From Tubiluchus corallicola (Eukaryota > Animalia > Priapulida), in NCBI GenBank assembly GCA_030141605.1, contig JAQGDQ010000565.1, positions 62,001 to 126,000 on the forward strand: a stretch of DNA of 64,000 nucleotides, in the 5' to 3' direction. Position numbers and translations under genes: made by a program. Shown here piece by piece: positions 37,224-49,464 of the stretch. The number at the start of each line of letters is the position of its first letter. The stretch's first letter is position 1. The notes below the pieces were generated by a model. That model had not been told where the DNA came from. It made no database searches and saw nothing but the letters and a program-made list of their open reading frames with translations.

Positions 37224-38273
37224 CAGCCGATACAAAAAGCAAATCCAACCGGCGCGCAACAGATGTCCCTTTCTGCGTCTGTGTTCTTTTCTGTAGCGCA
37301 GGGTCTCCCGACAAACTGCTTACAATCTGACATGATCGTGAGCACATAGGAAGCCATTTTCTACACGTGTAGGAAGCCATTTTATACACGTGTTTGCCAT
37401 TAACGCTGTCGAACGTCTGTCTCTGCTGGTGCCAACGTCTAGATCATTTTCCTCAGCATCCAAAACTGCTAATTAGAAGAGGAATCATTACGCGTCTAAG
37501 CAACTCGGCTAAGTCTTCGTGGTTCTTCACGCCCCACTGCGTCTTGCTAGTAAAAACACGTGAAGCTGTGCGGCGGAGACGGTTGTTTGTGTAAGACGAT
37601 TCCCTGGCGCAGCATAGACAGCTGAGACGATAAAGAGTTAAAAGAGTTTGCACTTTGCGAGATTCTCATAGAACTATCAAGCACAAGAAAACCCTCGACT
37701 TACATAAAGCTTAAAAAATTCGTCTTGAAATCTTATATCGCTTACATACCATCTTTTTACATACAGGGACTTCAATCCGGGATCACGCTGTATAAAACAT
37801 GTAAATTTAAACTCCCGCTACGACCGTTAGACGCAGCCATTTTGATGGTAGGTCGTTTGAAACAAGTTTAGATAACATTGAGTAGAGGTTGAAAAAATAA
37901 ACAGAACATTCGTAGCGCACATGTCACTAACTAAGTAAAATTTTAAATTACTGTATCTCGTCAATAAGATTAAAAATATGTTTTTGGTTTCTGAGTTATG
38001 CACCCTGGAGGGTGAGTCAGTGACATTTTACTAATTTGTGGAAAACATTTTAAATAATAAATAATTTTCTTTTCTAGTTACATAAGTCTTTCCAGTAGGT
38101 ACGCGATAAACCAAGTAATATAAATCTGCATGGAAAGTTTTTGGGACATAATTTAACGATGCGGCGGACGGCATTGCTTTGCATACACGTCACGTGACGG
38201 TTATAGTTACGTGACGCATTGCTGTGGTACACTTAAGCTTTGCCCTACAACAACTGCATGTGCGCATAAGGAA

Positions 38274-38780
38274 ACATTACAGTACATTTACATTACGTTA
38301 CGGTATGTTACAGTACATTTACATTACATTACATTACGGTATATTACAATACATTTACATTACATTACATTACATTACATTACATTTAAATTAAATTACA
38401 TTACGGTACATTACAGTACATTTACATTACACTATCTTACATTACATCACGTCACATTAAACTACGTTACATTACACATTACGTTACGTAACATTACACA
38501 TTACATGACATTACATTCATTACATTACATTTACATTACATTACAGTACAGTGAAGTTACACTACCTTACATTATACATTGCATTGCGTTACACATTACA
38601 TTGCATTATATAACATTACATTACATTACATCGCATTACAGTACAGTGAAGTTACACTACCTTACATTACACATTACATTGCGTTACACATTACATTACA
38701 TTACACATTACAGTGCATTTACATTACATTATATGACATTACATTACATTACGTACAGTCTTACAGTAGATTTACATTAA
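38274..38780. repeat. (ACATT)n degenerate microsatellite
   Basis: Visible run. Confidence 0.93.
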
Positions 38781-39817
38781 CGTAAATAAGAAATGAGAAA
38801 TTATTTAACAATGTTCGAATATTTAACAATATTTCCTTAATAGCCAATTAAATAGTTACTGTTTAACTTTAAAATACAAGCTGGTAAAAGAAGCCAAGTT
38901 CTGGCTGTTAAAAGAAGCCAAGTTATGTTGAGATTTGCGCTTTTCTGGACTGGTTTATTATTTTCTTATCTGTAAGTTTGTTTATACAACTGTTGCAGTC
39001 GGAAATGAATGCAGGTTTTGTGAAACGGCATGGTCGTAAAACAAACAAGAAATCTTTTCAATACAGCGCATCCTAATAATCCGCGTGGCATCAAGGTCGA
39101 ATGCATGACGTCACCAAGATGGCACCAATCAACGGCGACATGATTTGGATCAACAAAATGTACAATGCTGAGTTGCAAGCTACATTTTTAGTTTTATATG
39201 GTCTTTTTTTAAATTGTTATAAATTTTTCATCTTTTTATTCTCCCTTTTCCGAATTTTTCGGATTTATTTCTCGGCATCTGATACAGTACAATGCGTCTT
39301 AACTATAACCGTCACGTGACGTGTATGCAAAGCAAAGCCGTCTGCCGCATCGTTCAGTATCTTCAGTTGTTTTACCTGGACTTTGCTTAATTATGCATTA
39401 GTCTGTGCATAGAGTGATTTACTAGCAGGATCTTGCTAGGGAACAAGAAAATATGAACTAGGTAAGGTTCTAGCTAGCTGTTAAAACTGTTACTATTACA
39501 ACAGCATGGGCTGCGAGACGTTGTCAAGTGTACACAAATGCTTTGTTTCGTACACTTGACCTTTGACCTTTCGCCGATCAAGATCAAATGCTGAAACTGA
39601 AAAGATCTATTAGCATTTTTGGCTTGCAAGGTTTGCACATAGGTATGCCTGGCTTCATTAGTGGTTTCTTTCCTACCAGGATATTATCATAATGTGCTAA
39701 TGTATCGTAAATTTTAATAGTGCCCGTTTATGATGCACTAAGGCTATAACTAATGTTTTATCATACAGGGCAATTTTTGGCAGAGTAGTCTCTCTTTGTT
39801 TAGCTGTAAATGTTACT

Positions 39818-41428
39818 AGCTTTGCCTAAGACTTATTGTCTTCTGTCCACTGTCCCATTGCCTGACACTGTATTGTATTGAGCACAGTTTTGCCTAAGAC
39901 TTAGTGTCTTCTGTCCACTGTCCCATTGCTGGACACTGTATTGTATTGGGCACAGTTTTGCCTAAGACTTAGTGTCTTCTGTCCACTGTCCCAATTGCTT
40001 GACACTGTATTGTATTGAGCACAGTTTTGCCTAAGACTTAGTTTCTTCTGTCCACTGTCCCATTGCTTGACACTGTATTGTATTGAGCACAGCTTTGCCT
40101 GAGACTTAGTGTCTTCTGTCCACTGTCCACTGTCCCATTGCTTGACACTGTATCGTATTGAGCACAGTTTTGCCTAAGACTTAGTGTCTTCTGTCCACTG
40201 TCCCATTGCTTGACACTGTATTGTATTGAGCACAGTTTTGCCTAAGACTTAGTGTCTTCTGTCCACTGTCCCATTGCTTGACACTGTATTGTATTGAGCA
40301 CAGTTTTGCCTAAGACTTAGTGTCTTCTGTCCACTGTCTCATTGCTTGACACTGTATTGTATTGAGCACAGCTTTGCCTGAGACTTAGTGTCTTCTGTCC
40401 ACTGTCCCATTGCCTGACACTGTATTGTATTGAGCACAGTTTTGCCTAAGACTTAGTGTCTTCTGTCCACTGTCCCATTGCTTGACACTGTATTGTATTG
40501 AGCACAGCTTTGCCTGAGACTTAGTGTCTTCTGTCCACTGTCCACTGTCCCATTGCTTGACACTGTATTGTATTGAGCACAGTTTTGCCTAAGACTTAGT
40601 GTCTTCTGTCCACTGTCCCATTGCTTGACACTGTATTGTATTGAGCACAGTTGTGCCTAAGACTTAGTGTCTTCTGTCCACTGTCCCATTGCTTGACACT
40701 CCATTGTATTGAGCACAGCTTTGCCTGAGACTTAGTGTCTTCTGTCCACTGTCCCATTGCCTGACACTGTATTGTATTGTATTGAGCACAGTTTTGCCAA
40801 AGACTTAGTGTCTTCTGTCCACTGTCCCATTGCTTGACACTGTATTGTATTGAGCACAGCTTTGCCTAAGACTTATTGTCTTCTGTCCACTGTCCCATTG
40901 CTTGCCACTGTATTGTATTGAGCACAGTTTTGCCTGAGACTTAGTGTCTTCTGTCCACTGTCCCATTGCTTGCCACTGTATTGTATTGAGCACAGTTTTG
41001 CGTGAGACTTAGTGTCTTCTGTTCACTGTCCCATTGCTTGACACTGTATTGTATTGAGCACAGCTTTGCCTGAGACTTAGTGTCTTCTGTCCACTGTCCC
41101 ATTGCCTGACACTGTATTGTATTGAGCACAGTTTTGCCTAAGACTTAGTGTCTTCTGTCCACTGTCCCATTGCTTGACACTGTATTGTATTGAGCACAGC
41201 TTTGCCTGAGACTTAGTGTCTTCTGTCCACTGTCCACTGTCCCATTGCTTGACACTGTATTGTATTGAGCACAGTTTTGCCTAAGACTTAGTGTCTTCTG
41301 TCCACTTTCCCATTGCTTGACACTGTATTGTATTGAGCACAGTTTTGCCTAAGACTTAGTGTCTTCTGTCCACTGTCCCATTGCTTGACACTCTATTGTA
41401 TTGAGCACAGCTTTGCCTGAGACTTAGT
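39818..41428. repeat. 68-bp satellite, left part
   Basis: Unit ttttgcctaagacttagtgtcttctgtccactgtcccattgcttgacactgtattgtattgagcacag; resumes in register at 49113. Confidence 0.97.
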
Positions 41429-42713
41429 TGTAATGGGGCGGATCTCACAATCAAGTATGAGCAATCAGCGCTCTTATTGTTTGGTAGCGTGTGTCATACT
41501 ACTCAGTTTTTACTCAATATATTTCTTGAACACAAAACGTGAAACTAATTTTATGCAGTTTTTATGATAAGATAAGCCTTTAATATTCATAAATGTTGAT
41601 AATATAAAATTAGTTCAAACCAAATGACAGCAGTTAATTTGTACCCGGGTACCCATTCAATAAACATGTATTGCTACACTACTCAAAGTTTACTGACCGG
41701 TAATACTTTCAGATGCTACAAACAATACCCAAAAATTACCTTTGGCTAACAAAATAAAATAATCTAACAGTTCACCAACGCTTGTTAATAGTATGTCCAT
41801 AAAGTAAAGCTCCATCCACACGAGGTTGTAATGTAAGCTATCAGCACTTTGAACTGAGTCTTAGTTTTACCAGCCACTGCCAGTCGAAGCAAGTATCGTT
41901 GTACAAAAGGAAGCAACAGGCGGTGGCCTAGTAGTTAAACAAAAGAAACGAGAATTTATCACTTACAGTCTCAGCATCAATGAAAGCATACGTCTGCAAT
42001 ACTTATCGGCGGCAGCACGACGACGAAGGTGGCGGATCCACAACATCGGTGTGCACACCCGGGTGTTTAGAGCATAGCTGAACTGCGAAGTCATAAGCAG
42101 ATGGGAGTCGTTCTCGGAAGCGTCCTGCGTTGGTAGAACGGTAGTTTGGTTTTTCACGTCAGATGTCACAACGTAACTCGATGTAAGCAAATGGAGAACT
42201 GGGCTTGATACTAGAACTGCCCACACAAATAGTCACTAACACGTAGTTGGAACTTTCACTAAACATTAGCGTTTGGTAGAGCCAGCTAAAGTTGCACGAT
42301 TTATATGCAAAGAAGCAAAACAAAAGTAAAAAAAACTGTCCAGCATTATATCTGCCCACAAGTCACTCTTGCCAAGAGCCACGTCGTTCCCTACACATCT
42401 GTGTGAAAAGACCTCTAAAGCCGGTTGTCTAATAGTCTGGCTTCAATAACACTATAGCAGGATAACCCGTATTTGCATATCCGTTCGACGAGTTTACCCT
42501 AGATTTGACCTATGCGCATAACTAAAGTGTAACACCTGGTTTATACATTGAACAGCTATAAGCAACAATTTTATACAGCCCAAACTAAATTACGTATACT
42601 ACCGTAAAGTTTACATTGGCTAGAAAAACATATCTCGTTCTACAACGAAGTTAAGTTAGTAATAACTAAATCTAGTTACAAATACAAAGATATATGCTAA
42701 GCTGGTCGTTACA
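41429..42713 (-). repeat. 3' LTR (1285 bp)
   Basis: tgtaatgggg...ggtcgttaca; direct repeat of 47823-49112. Confidence 0.95.
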
Positions 42714-42805
42714 CAGCCCCCTAATTTGAAGACTATTATTCTCATGGAATCATAGGCTATTCCATTTCGATCAGCGCCTGCATTATCTTTGGTTCTTGGG
42801 TATGG

Positions 42806-43282
42806 TTACGCGGCAGTGTCAGGCTTATCAGCTTCCCAGTTGCGTGATAGACCGTCTGCGATGTTGGCCTTACCCTTGATATACCCAATCCGGAATGTGT
42901 ATTCCTGTAGGATTAATGACCAACGGGCCAGCTTACGGTTCTTCCCTTTCATCCTTTGCAACCAAGTGAGACACTGATGGTCTGAACGGATGACGAACTG
43001 CCTTCCCAGAAGATAGTAACTCAGTTTTTGCACTGCCCAGACTATTGCAAGGAGTTCCAGTTCCACCACTGCATAGTTTGACTCTGGTTTAGTTAATTTC
43101 CGGCTGATATAAGTTATGGCCCGCTCATTCCCTTCATCTGTCTTTTGGGACAGAATGCCTCCAAGGCCTGTGGTTGATGCATCTACAGTCAAGAGGAATT
43201 CTTTGCTGAAATCTGGTGCTCCTAGAAAGGTATCTGAGGTAACTGCCTCCCGGAGCTGAATGAATGCAGATTCACACAACAT
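42806..43282 (-). CDS. RNase H part of pol, frameshifted from the main ORF
   Basis: FLLTVDAS..GLGGILSQ, ELELLAIVWAV, SDHQCL, RWSLILQEY, NIADGLSR. Confidence 0.85.
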   Translation of the reverse strand: MLCESAFIQLREAVTSDTFLGAPDFSKEFLLTVDASTTGLGGILSQKTDEGNERAITYISRKLTKPESNYAVVELELLAIVWAVQKLSYYLLGRQFVIRSDHQCLTWLQRMKGKNRKLARWSLILQEYTFRIGYIKGKANIADGLSRNWEADKPDTAA

Positions 43283-46200
43283 CGTTGGGCCTATGCTTCT
43301 TTGTAAGTTCGTACAGCGGAGTGGCTATGCTACTAAAGCCTGGAACAAAGGAACGATAGAAGCCAATAAAGCCGAGGAAACTTCGAACTTCTTTTTTTGT
43401 CTTGGGTCGAGGAAAATGTTTAATAAGCTCCAGTTTATCTGATTGTGGTCGCAGGACATCTTGTCCAACCACATGTCCTAAAAAGTCGACTTTGCTCAAA
43501 GCGAACGCACACTTCTTTGGCTTGATGGTAAGCTTGGCCCTAAATACCCGCGAAAGAATATCATCAACATGCTTTAAATGTTGTGACCAATCTGGGCTCC
43601 AAATGACTGTGTCATCTATGTAGCCTCTCGCAAAATGAGGAGATCCTTCCAGGAGTCTATCCATGAGTTTTTGGCAGGTTGCGGCCGCATTAACCAAGCC
43701 AAAAGGCATCACGAGAAACTCCCACTGTCCCCAAGGTAGAACGAATGATGATAGCTTGCGTGAATCGGGGTGCAATGGTATTTGCCAATACCCTTTGGTT
43801 AAATCCAACTTCGTCATATACTTGGCTCCATGCATATTGCTGAGCAATTCCTGCATATTTGGGATTGGGTATGGGTCAAAGGTTGTGACTTCATTGAGCT
43901 TGATGTAGTTAACACAAAATCGGATAGTCCCATCCTTTTTGGGAACAACTACAACTGGACTTGTTGTACTGGAGTCTGACTTCTGGATTATACCCAGCTT
44001 AATCATCTCATCGACTTCTCTCCGAAGTGCTTCTTCTTGTGCTTTTGGCACACGATATGGAGCTTGACGAATAGGCTTATAGTCTTTAGGAACAAAAATC
44101 TCGTGCTGTATCAGATCTGTGCAACCTGGCACATCTGAAAACACATCAGCATGTTTACGAAATATGTGTATCAGCTGCTGCTTCTGAGTCTTGGAGAGGT
44201 GGTCGGGTATGCTAATATCATCCACACTTTGTGTTTGTTGTGTAACTGGTGGAAACATATGCTCCTGTACCTCGCCTTCCTGATACGTCTCATTGCCTTT
44301 TCCCGGAGTGGCTATAGACAGCATCACATGACCTTCAGTGCGCTCTACCCAAGGGCGTAGTAGGTTTATGTGGAAGCATTTCTGCCGATGCTTCTTACCA
44401 CGAAAAGCAATTTTATAGACTTGGTCAGACACCTTTTCCAACACTTGGTATGGTCCTTTCCATACACGTTGCAGCTTCTTTGTACTCTTTGGCAACAAAA
44501 CCAAGACTTTACTGCCTACTTCTAAAGATCTTTCCCGTGCTTTCTGATCGTACCACTTCTTTTGAGCGAGTTGTGCTTCACGCAGTGACTCGTGAGCTTC
44601 ATTGGTCACCTGTTCCATCCGATCCATGAGCTCTTGCACAAAAGTGTGGACATCTGTCAGCTGCTTGGGTCTCTGTAAGTCAAATCTCTCACGTAACATA
44701 GCTAATGGGCCTCTGATCGGAAACCCGTACACCATCTCGAATGGTGAGTATGAGGTAGAACTTTGGGGACAATCCCGGTATGCAAAAAGTACTAGCGGAA
44801 TAAGTTCGTCCCACTCCCAGGATCCTGCACTCATCTGGAGCTTTCGAATTGATGTCTTCAAAGTTTGATTGTACCTCTCAGTCAGGCCAGATGTCTGAGG
44901 ATGATATGGAGTAGCCAATATACCTCGTGTACCTAGCACAGCCTCCAGATCCTGTAGGACTTGTGAAACAAAAGCCGGACCTTGATCGGTTACAATCTCC
45001 ATCGGTATACCATATGTTGCTATGTAACGTAGTAGGGCCTTTACGGTGCACTCAGCCGTCTGTGACTTTGTTGGATAAACTTCCGGGTATCTGGTGCAAT
45101 AGTCAGTTATCACTAGTGCATACTTATTACCACTTTTCGTACGTGCAAGTGGCCCCATATAATCCATTGACACTTTCTGGAAGGGTAGTTGATCCACAGA
45201 GATTGGTCGCAGTTTGACTCGGTCTGCAGTCCTTCTCTTCGAACATTTCTGGCATATTGGGCAACTACGTACGTAAGCTCTTATGTCGCTATGTACTTGT
45301 GGCCAAAAGAACATGCTCAGCACCTTCTGTGTTGTCTTTTGTATTCCAAAATGTGCTGCCAGTTTATTGTCGTGAGCTATTTTCAGTACTTCAGCTCTCC
45401 TCTCTTTTGGCAGGACTATCAAGCTTTTCCCTTCCTTGTCTTTGGCTCGTCTCAGGAAAAGCAGAAGTAGACCATCTTTTATGTAGTAACCTTTGCCTAA
45501 CTGTACAGCTTCCTCTTCTGGAATTACACTGTCGAACAGTGGCTTCAGCGTTACGCACCCTTGTTGCTGCTGTCTGAGTTTGTCACGGTCCTCGCCGGCA
45601 CAAAATGGCTTTTTGTCTAGCACGCTATTCAGCTCATCTTCTGGGGCCGCATCATGTTGGTCTTCTTCCTGCAGTTTCTTTGCTTGGGCTCTAGTCATCA
45701 CTTGTGTCTTGATGTCAGCATCAATGTCTCTATGTGAACTACATGGGTCACCACTGCTTGCCACCTCAGCCACATTTGCTATTGTAGGCCTAGCATTGGT
45801 GGGTTTCTTTGTGACTTTCCTTGTCTGTGGTTTCTTCAACTGAGAACTAGACGTCTGGGTACTAGAACTGGTGCAATGGTCTTCTCTCTGTGAAACATCA
45901 TTTGGGAGCCTCTTCCCTACCATGGATTTTGGGATGAAGGTTTCCATATAGTTGTTTCCTAGAAGACAATCTGATGGCAGTTTGTCTTGAACCACGAACT
46001 CTAATTCTCCAGTCACCACCTGGCTCTCTATTGGCAGTCTTGCCACTTCACATGGGCGTCGATCACCATGACCGCACAATATGTCGACTGTTCGTCCGGG
46101 TACTAGCTGCTCAACATTGACATAGCGACGATGTATGCAGTTTACGTTAGCCCCTGTGTCACGCTGTACATCGACTTTGTAGCTATTTATTCGAGCTGGA

Positions 46201-47675
46201 AAACAGTATGGTTCATCTTTACCATAAGTGATTCCGTCAGTGGAGGGGAGTTCAGTGTACTGGATCTGTCCTCTTATGGCATTCGTCCTAGCCATTGGCA
46301 TATTTGCTTTGGGTGGACGTTTTGCTCTAGGACAGCTAGCTGCATAATGTCCATATCCACCGCAGTTGAAGCATCTTGCTGACTTCTGGAGGCTCTCAGC
46401 CTCACGTGGCTCATCTACTGGCTTGTTATTCTTGCTGGACCGATGCTGCTTCATTGGCTTACCCCTGCTACTGTAGTGTGATTGCTTATCTAAATCTAAT
46501 CCTTCAGAGTATGCATAGTAGTCACATTTGATAGCAACATCTTCAAAGCCTATTATGTTATTCCGTCGCACCCATCTGGCGATCTGTGGGGGAACACGAC
46601 TTAATGCTTGCTCCAGATAGAACAAATCTTTTGCTTGTTCCAATGTCTGAACATTAGCTGCTTGTAGCCAAAGATTCCCTGCATTTTTAACTCGGGTAAA
46701 ATACGCACGGTAACACTCATCCACACCTCGTGTCACTTTCCGGAAGGTTTGACGATAGTAATCTGGAGTCAAGGAGAAGAAAGAAAGAACACACTCTTTG
46801 ATCTTGTCATAGTCCTGCAAGTCTCCCTGGGGGACACAGTTGTAAGCACGGAGGGCTTTAGTATGTCCTGCTAAGGCACGAGATAGGACACATGGCCAAT
46901 CTTTCTTGGGTATCCTGTTTACCACCAGACAGCGCTCCAAGTAGCTAAAGTATTCAGCTAGATCCGGTTCCTGTGACCCTTCTCCAAAGTATTTAATCTT
47001 TAGACTCTCATGTCTTGGAGTAGATCTATCTTCAATAGCTCCCTCTTGGGTATTAGCTGCAGTACAACGTGGATGCCTGGATTCTGATGTGGCTGCCATC
47101 TCAGATTCGAAAGACAGACTCATCTTGTGTAGCTGCAATGCGTGTTGACGTTCCTTAGCCCGTTCTTCACTTTCATGTTTCATACGTTCGCGTTGAAATT
47201 CCAGCAGCATTGCAAGCCGCTCTGCATCGAATCCAGCATACTGGGCTAAATCCACATCTGGTAATTGGCCTACACTCACATGGGCAGGTTGTCGTTTACC
47301 TCTAGGTGGTAGATCCATGCACAAAGGGTCAGGATCTCCTGCCATTATATCCAATTCTGGAGGTGGTGATTCATCTGCTAGCTGTTGGACAGGGTCTTCT
47401 TCTTCAGCGTGAGAAGACTGTGTCACTTCATCTAATTTATGTGCACCATCTTCGGATTTGGCACCAGGCTGATATCCAGTGATGGAGCCACTTTCCATCA
47501 TTTTAGGATCCAAAGCTGGCGGTCTCCTAATGGTCTGACTATGCAAAATAGATGAAATCAGCTGCTCGCGGTTACGTCTTTCATAAACCAGATTACGGCT
47601 ATGCGCTATTCCTCGAAGTGCTTCAGGACTAAGTAGTTCCAATTGGGGGCGGGTAAGTTCAATGTATCCTTCCAT
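43272..47675 (-). CDS. Gag-pol polyprotein: SCAN-like gag, CCHC knuckle, protease, integrase, RT
   Basis: In order: CFNCGGYGHYAASC; RDTGA; H..H..CPIC, MDYMGP, TDQG, ERYNQTLK, GPY; then DLTKGYWQ, MPFGL, YIDD. Confidence 0.95.
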   Translation of the reverse strand: MEGYIELTRPQLELLSPEALRGIAHSRNLVYERRNREQLISSILHSQTIRRPPALDPKMMESGSITGYQPGAKSEDGAHKLDEVTQSSHAEEEDPVQQLADESPPPELDIMAGDPDPLCMDLPPRGKRQPAHVSVGQLPDVDLAQYAGFDAERLAMLLEFQRERMKHESEERAKERQHALQLHKMSLSFESEMAATSESRHPRCTAANTQEGAIEDRSTPRHESLKIKYFGEGSQEPDLAEYFSYLERCLVVNRIPKKDWPCVLSRALAGHTKALRAYNCVPQGDLQDYDKIKECVLSFFSLTPDYYRQTFRKVTRGVDECYRAYFTRVKNAGNLWLQAANVQTLEQAKDLFYLEQALSRVPPQIARWVRRNNIIGFEDVAIKCDYYAYSEGLDLDKQSHYSSRGKPMKQHRSSKNNKPVDEPREAESLQKSARCFNCGGYGHYAASCPRAKRPPKANMPMARTNAIRGQIQYTELPSTDGITYGKDEPYCFPARINSYKVDVQRDTGANVNCIHRRYVNVEQLVPGRTVDILCGHGDRRPCEVARLPIESQVVTGELEFVVQDKLPSDCLLGNNYMETFIPKSMVGKRLPNDVSQREDHCTSSSTQTSSSQLKKPQTRKVTKKPTNARPTIANVAEVASSGDPCSSHRDIDADIKTQVMTRAQAKKLQEEDQHDAAPEDELNSVLDKKPFCAGEDRDKLRQQQQGCVTLKPLFDSVIPEEEAVQLGKGYYIKDGLLLLFLRRAKDKEGKSLIVLPKERRAEVLKIAHDNKLAAHFGIQKTTQKVLSMFFWPQVHSDIRAYVRSCPICQKCSKRRTADRVKLRPISVDQLPFQKVSMDYMGPLARTKSGNKYALVITDYCTRYPEVYPTKSQTAECTVKALLRYIATYGIPMEIVTDQGPAFVSQVLQDLEAVLGTRGILATPYHPQTSGLTERYNQTLKTSIRKLQMSAGSWEWDELIPLVLFAYRDCPQSSTSYSPFEMVYGFPIRGPLAMLRERFDLQRPKQLTDVHTFVQELMDRMEQVTNEAHESLREAQLAQKKWYDQKARERSLEVGSKVLVLLPKSTKKLQRVWKGPYQVLEKVSDQVYKIAFRGKKHRQKCFHINLLRPWVERTEGHVMLSIATPGKGNETYQEGEVQEHMFPPVTQQTQSVDDISIPDHLSKTQKQQLIHIFRKHADVFSDVPGCTDLIQHEIFVPKDYKPIRQAPYRVPKAQEEALRREVDEMIKLGIIQKSDSSTTSPVVVVPKKDGTIRFCVNYIKLNEVTTFDPYPIPNMQELLSNMHGAKYMTKLDLTKGYWQIPLHPDSRKLSSFVLPWGQWEFLVMPFGLVNAAATCQKLMDRLLEGSPHFARGYIDDTVIWSPDWSQHLKHVDDILSRVFRAKLTIKPKKCAFALSKVDFLGHVVGQDVLRPQSDKLELIKHFPRPKTKKEVRSFLGFIGFYRSFVPGFSSIATPLYELTKKHRPNDVV

Positions 47676-47803
47676 TTGAAAAAGTTACAATGCGCTGAAA
47701 AACATCTAGATAACTAGAAACAATGAGCATTAAACCAATGCCTAAATAACATATCAATTTTTCAAAACTAAATGAATAGAATGTCTGGCGTAATTGAGAT
47801 CTG

Positions 47804-47821
47804 ATCCCACCGCTGCCACCA
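47804..47821 (-). other. Primer binding site complementary to tRNA-Leu 3' end
   Basis: TGGTGGCAGCGGTGGGAT, 1 nt from the LTR; complements ...ATCCCACCGCTGCCA-CCA of eukaryotic tRNA-Leu(AAG/TAG type). Confidence 0.85.
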
Positions 47822-47822
47822 G

Positions 47823-49112
47823 TGTAATGGGGGGCGGATCTCACAATCAAGTATGAGCAATCAGCGCTCTTATTGTTTGGTAGCGTGTGTCATACTACTC
47901 AGTTTTTACTCAATATATTTCTTGAACACAAAACGTGAAACTAATTTTATGCAGTTTTTATGATAAGATAAGCCTTTAATATTCATAAATGTTGATAATA
48001 TAAAATTAGTTCAAACCAAATGACAGCAATTAATTTGTACCCGGGTACCCATTCAATAAACATGTATTGCTACACTACTCAAAGTTTACTGACCGGTAAT
48101 ACTTTCAGATGCTACAAACAATACCCAAAAATTACCTTTGGCTAACAAAATAAAATAATCTAACAGTTCACCAACGCTTGTTAATAGTATGTCCATAAAG
48201 TAAAGCTCCATCCACATGAGGTTGTAATGTAAGCTATCAGCACTTTGAGCTGTGTCTTAGTTTTTACCAGCCACTGCCAGTCGAAGCAAATATAGTTGTA
48301 CAAAAGGAAGCAACAGGCGGTGGCCTAGTAGTTAAACAAATGAAACGAGAGAATTTATCACTTACAGTCTCAGCATCAATGAAAGCATACGTCTGCAATA
48401 CTTATCGGCGGTAGCACGACGACGAAGGTGGCGGATCCACAACATCGGTGTGCACACCCGGGTGTTTAGAGCATAGCTGAACTGCGAAGTCATAAGCAGA
48501 TGGGAGTCGTTCTCGGAAGCGTCCTGCGTTGGTAGAACGGTAGTTTGGTTTTTCACGTCAGATGTCACAACGTAACTCGATGTAAGCAAATGGAGAACTG
48601 GGCTTGATACTAGAACTGCCCACACAAATAGTCACTAGCACGTAGTTGGAACTTTCACTAAACATTAGCGTTTGGTAGAGCCAGCTAAAGTTGCACGATT
48701 TATATGCAAAGAAGCAAAACATATGTTAAAAAAACTGTCCAGCATTATATCTGCCCACAAGTCACTCTTGCCAAGAGCCACGTCGTTCTCTACACATCTG
48801 TGTGAAAAGACCTCTAAAGCCGGTTGTCTAATAGTCTGGCTTCAATAACACTATAGCAGGATAACCCGTATTTGCATATCCGTTCGACGAGTTTACCCTA
48901 GATTTGACCTATGCGCATAACTAAAGTGTAACACCTGGTTTATACATTGAACAGCTATAAGCAACAATTTTATACAGCCCAAACTAAATTACGTATACTA
49001 CCGTAAAGTTTACATTGGCTAGAAAAACATATCTCGTTCTACAACGAAGTTAAGTTAGTAATAACTAAATCTAGTTACAAATACAAAGATATATGCTAAG
49101 CTGGTCGTTACA
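47823..49112 (-). repeat. 5' LTR (1290 bp)
   Basis: Adjacent to the PBS; direct repeat of 41429-42713. Confidence 0.95.
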
Positions 49113-49464
49113 AGTGTCTTCTGTCCACTGTCCCATTGCCTGACACTGTATTGTATTGAGCACAGCTTTGCCTAAGACTTATTGTCTTCTGTCCACTGTC
49201 CCATTGCTTGACACTCTATTGTATTGAGCACAGTTTTGCGTGAGACTTAGTGTCTTCTGTCCACTGTCCCAATTGCTTGACACTGTATTGTATTGAGCAC
49301 AGTTTTGCCTAAGACTTAGTGTCTTCTGTCCACTGTCCCATTGCTTGACACTGTATTGTATTGAGCACAGCTTTGCCTAAGACTTATTGTCTTCTGTCCA
49401 CTGTCCCATTGCTTGACACTCTATTGTATTGAGCACAGTTTTGCGTGAGACTTAGTGTCTTCTG
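49113..49464. repeat. 68-bp satellite, right part
   Basis: Same unit as 39818-41428. Confidence 0.95.

Larger units (their letters stand above)
41429..49112 (-). mobile_element. Full-length Gmr1-like Ty3/Gypsy LTR retrotransposon
   Basis: TG...CA LTRs at 41429-42713 and 47823-49112, nearly identical. tRNA-Leu PBS at 47804-47821, purine-rich PPT at about 42714-42725, gag-pol ORF between them. Confidence 0.95.

Noticed and set aside
41963-48625. Duplicated 87-aa ORFs (41963..42226 and 48362..48625)
   Set aside because: They lie in the two LTRs, start at GTG and show no recognisable domain.
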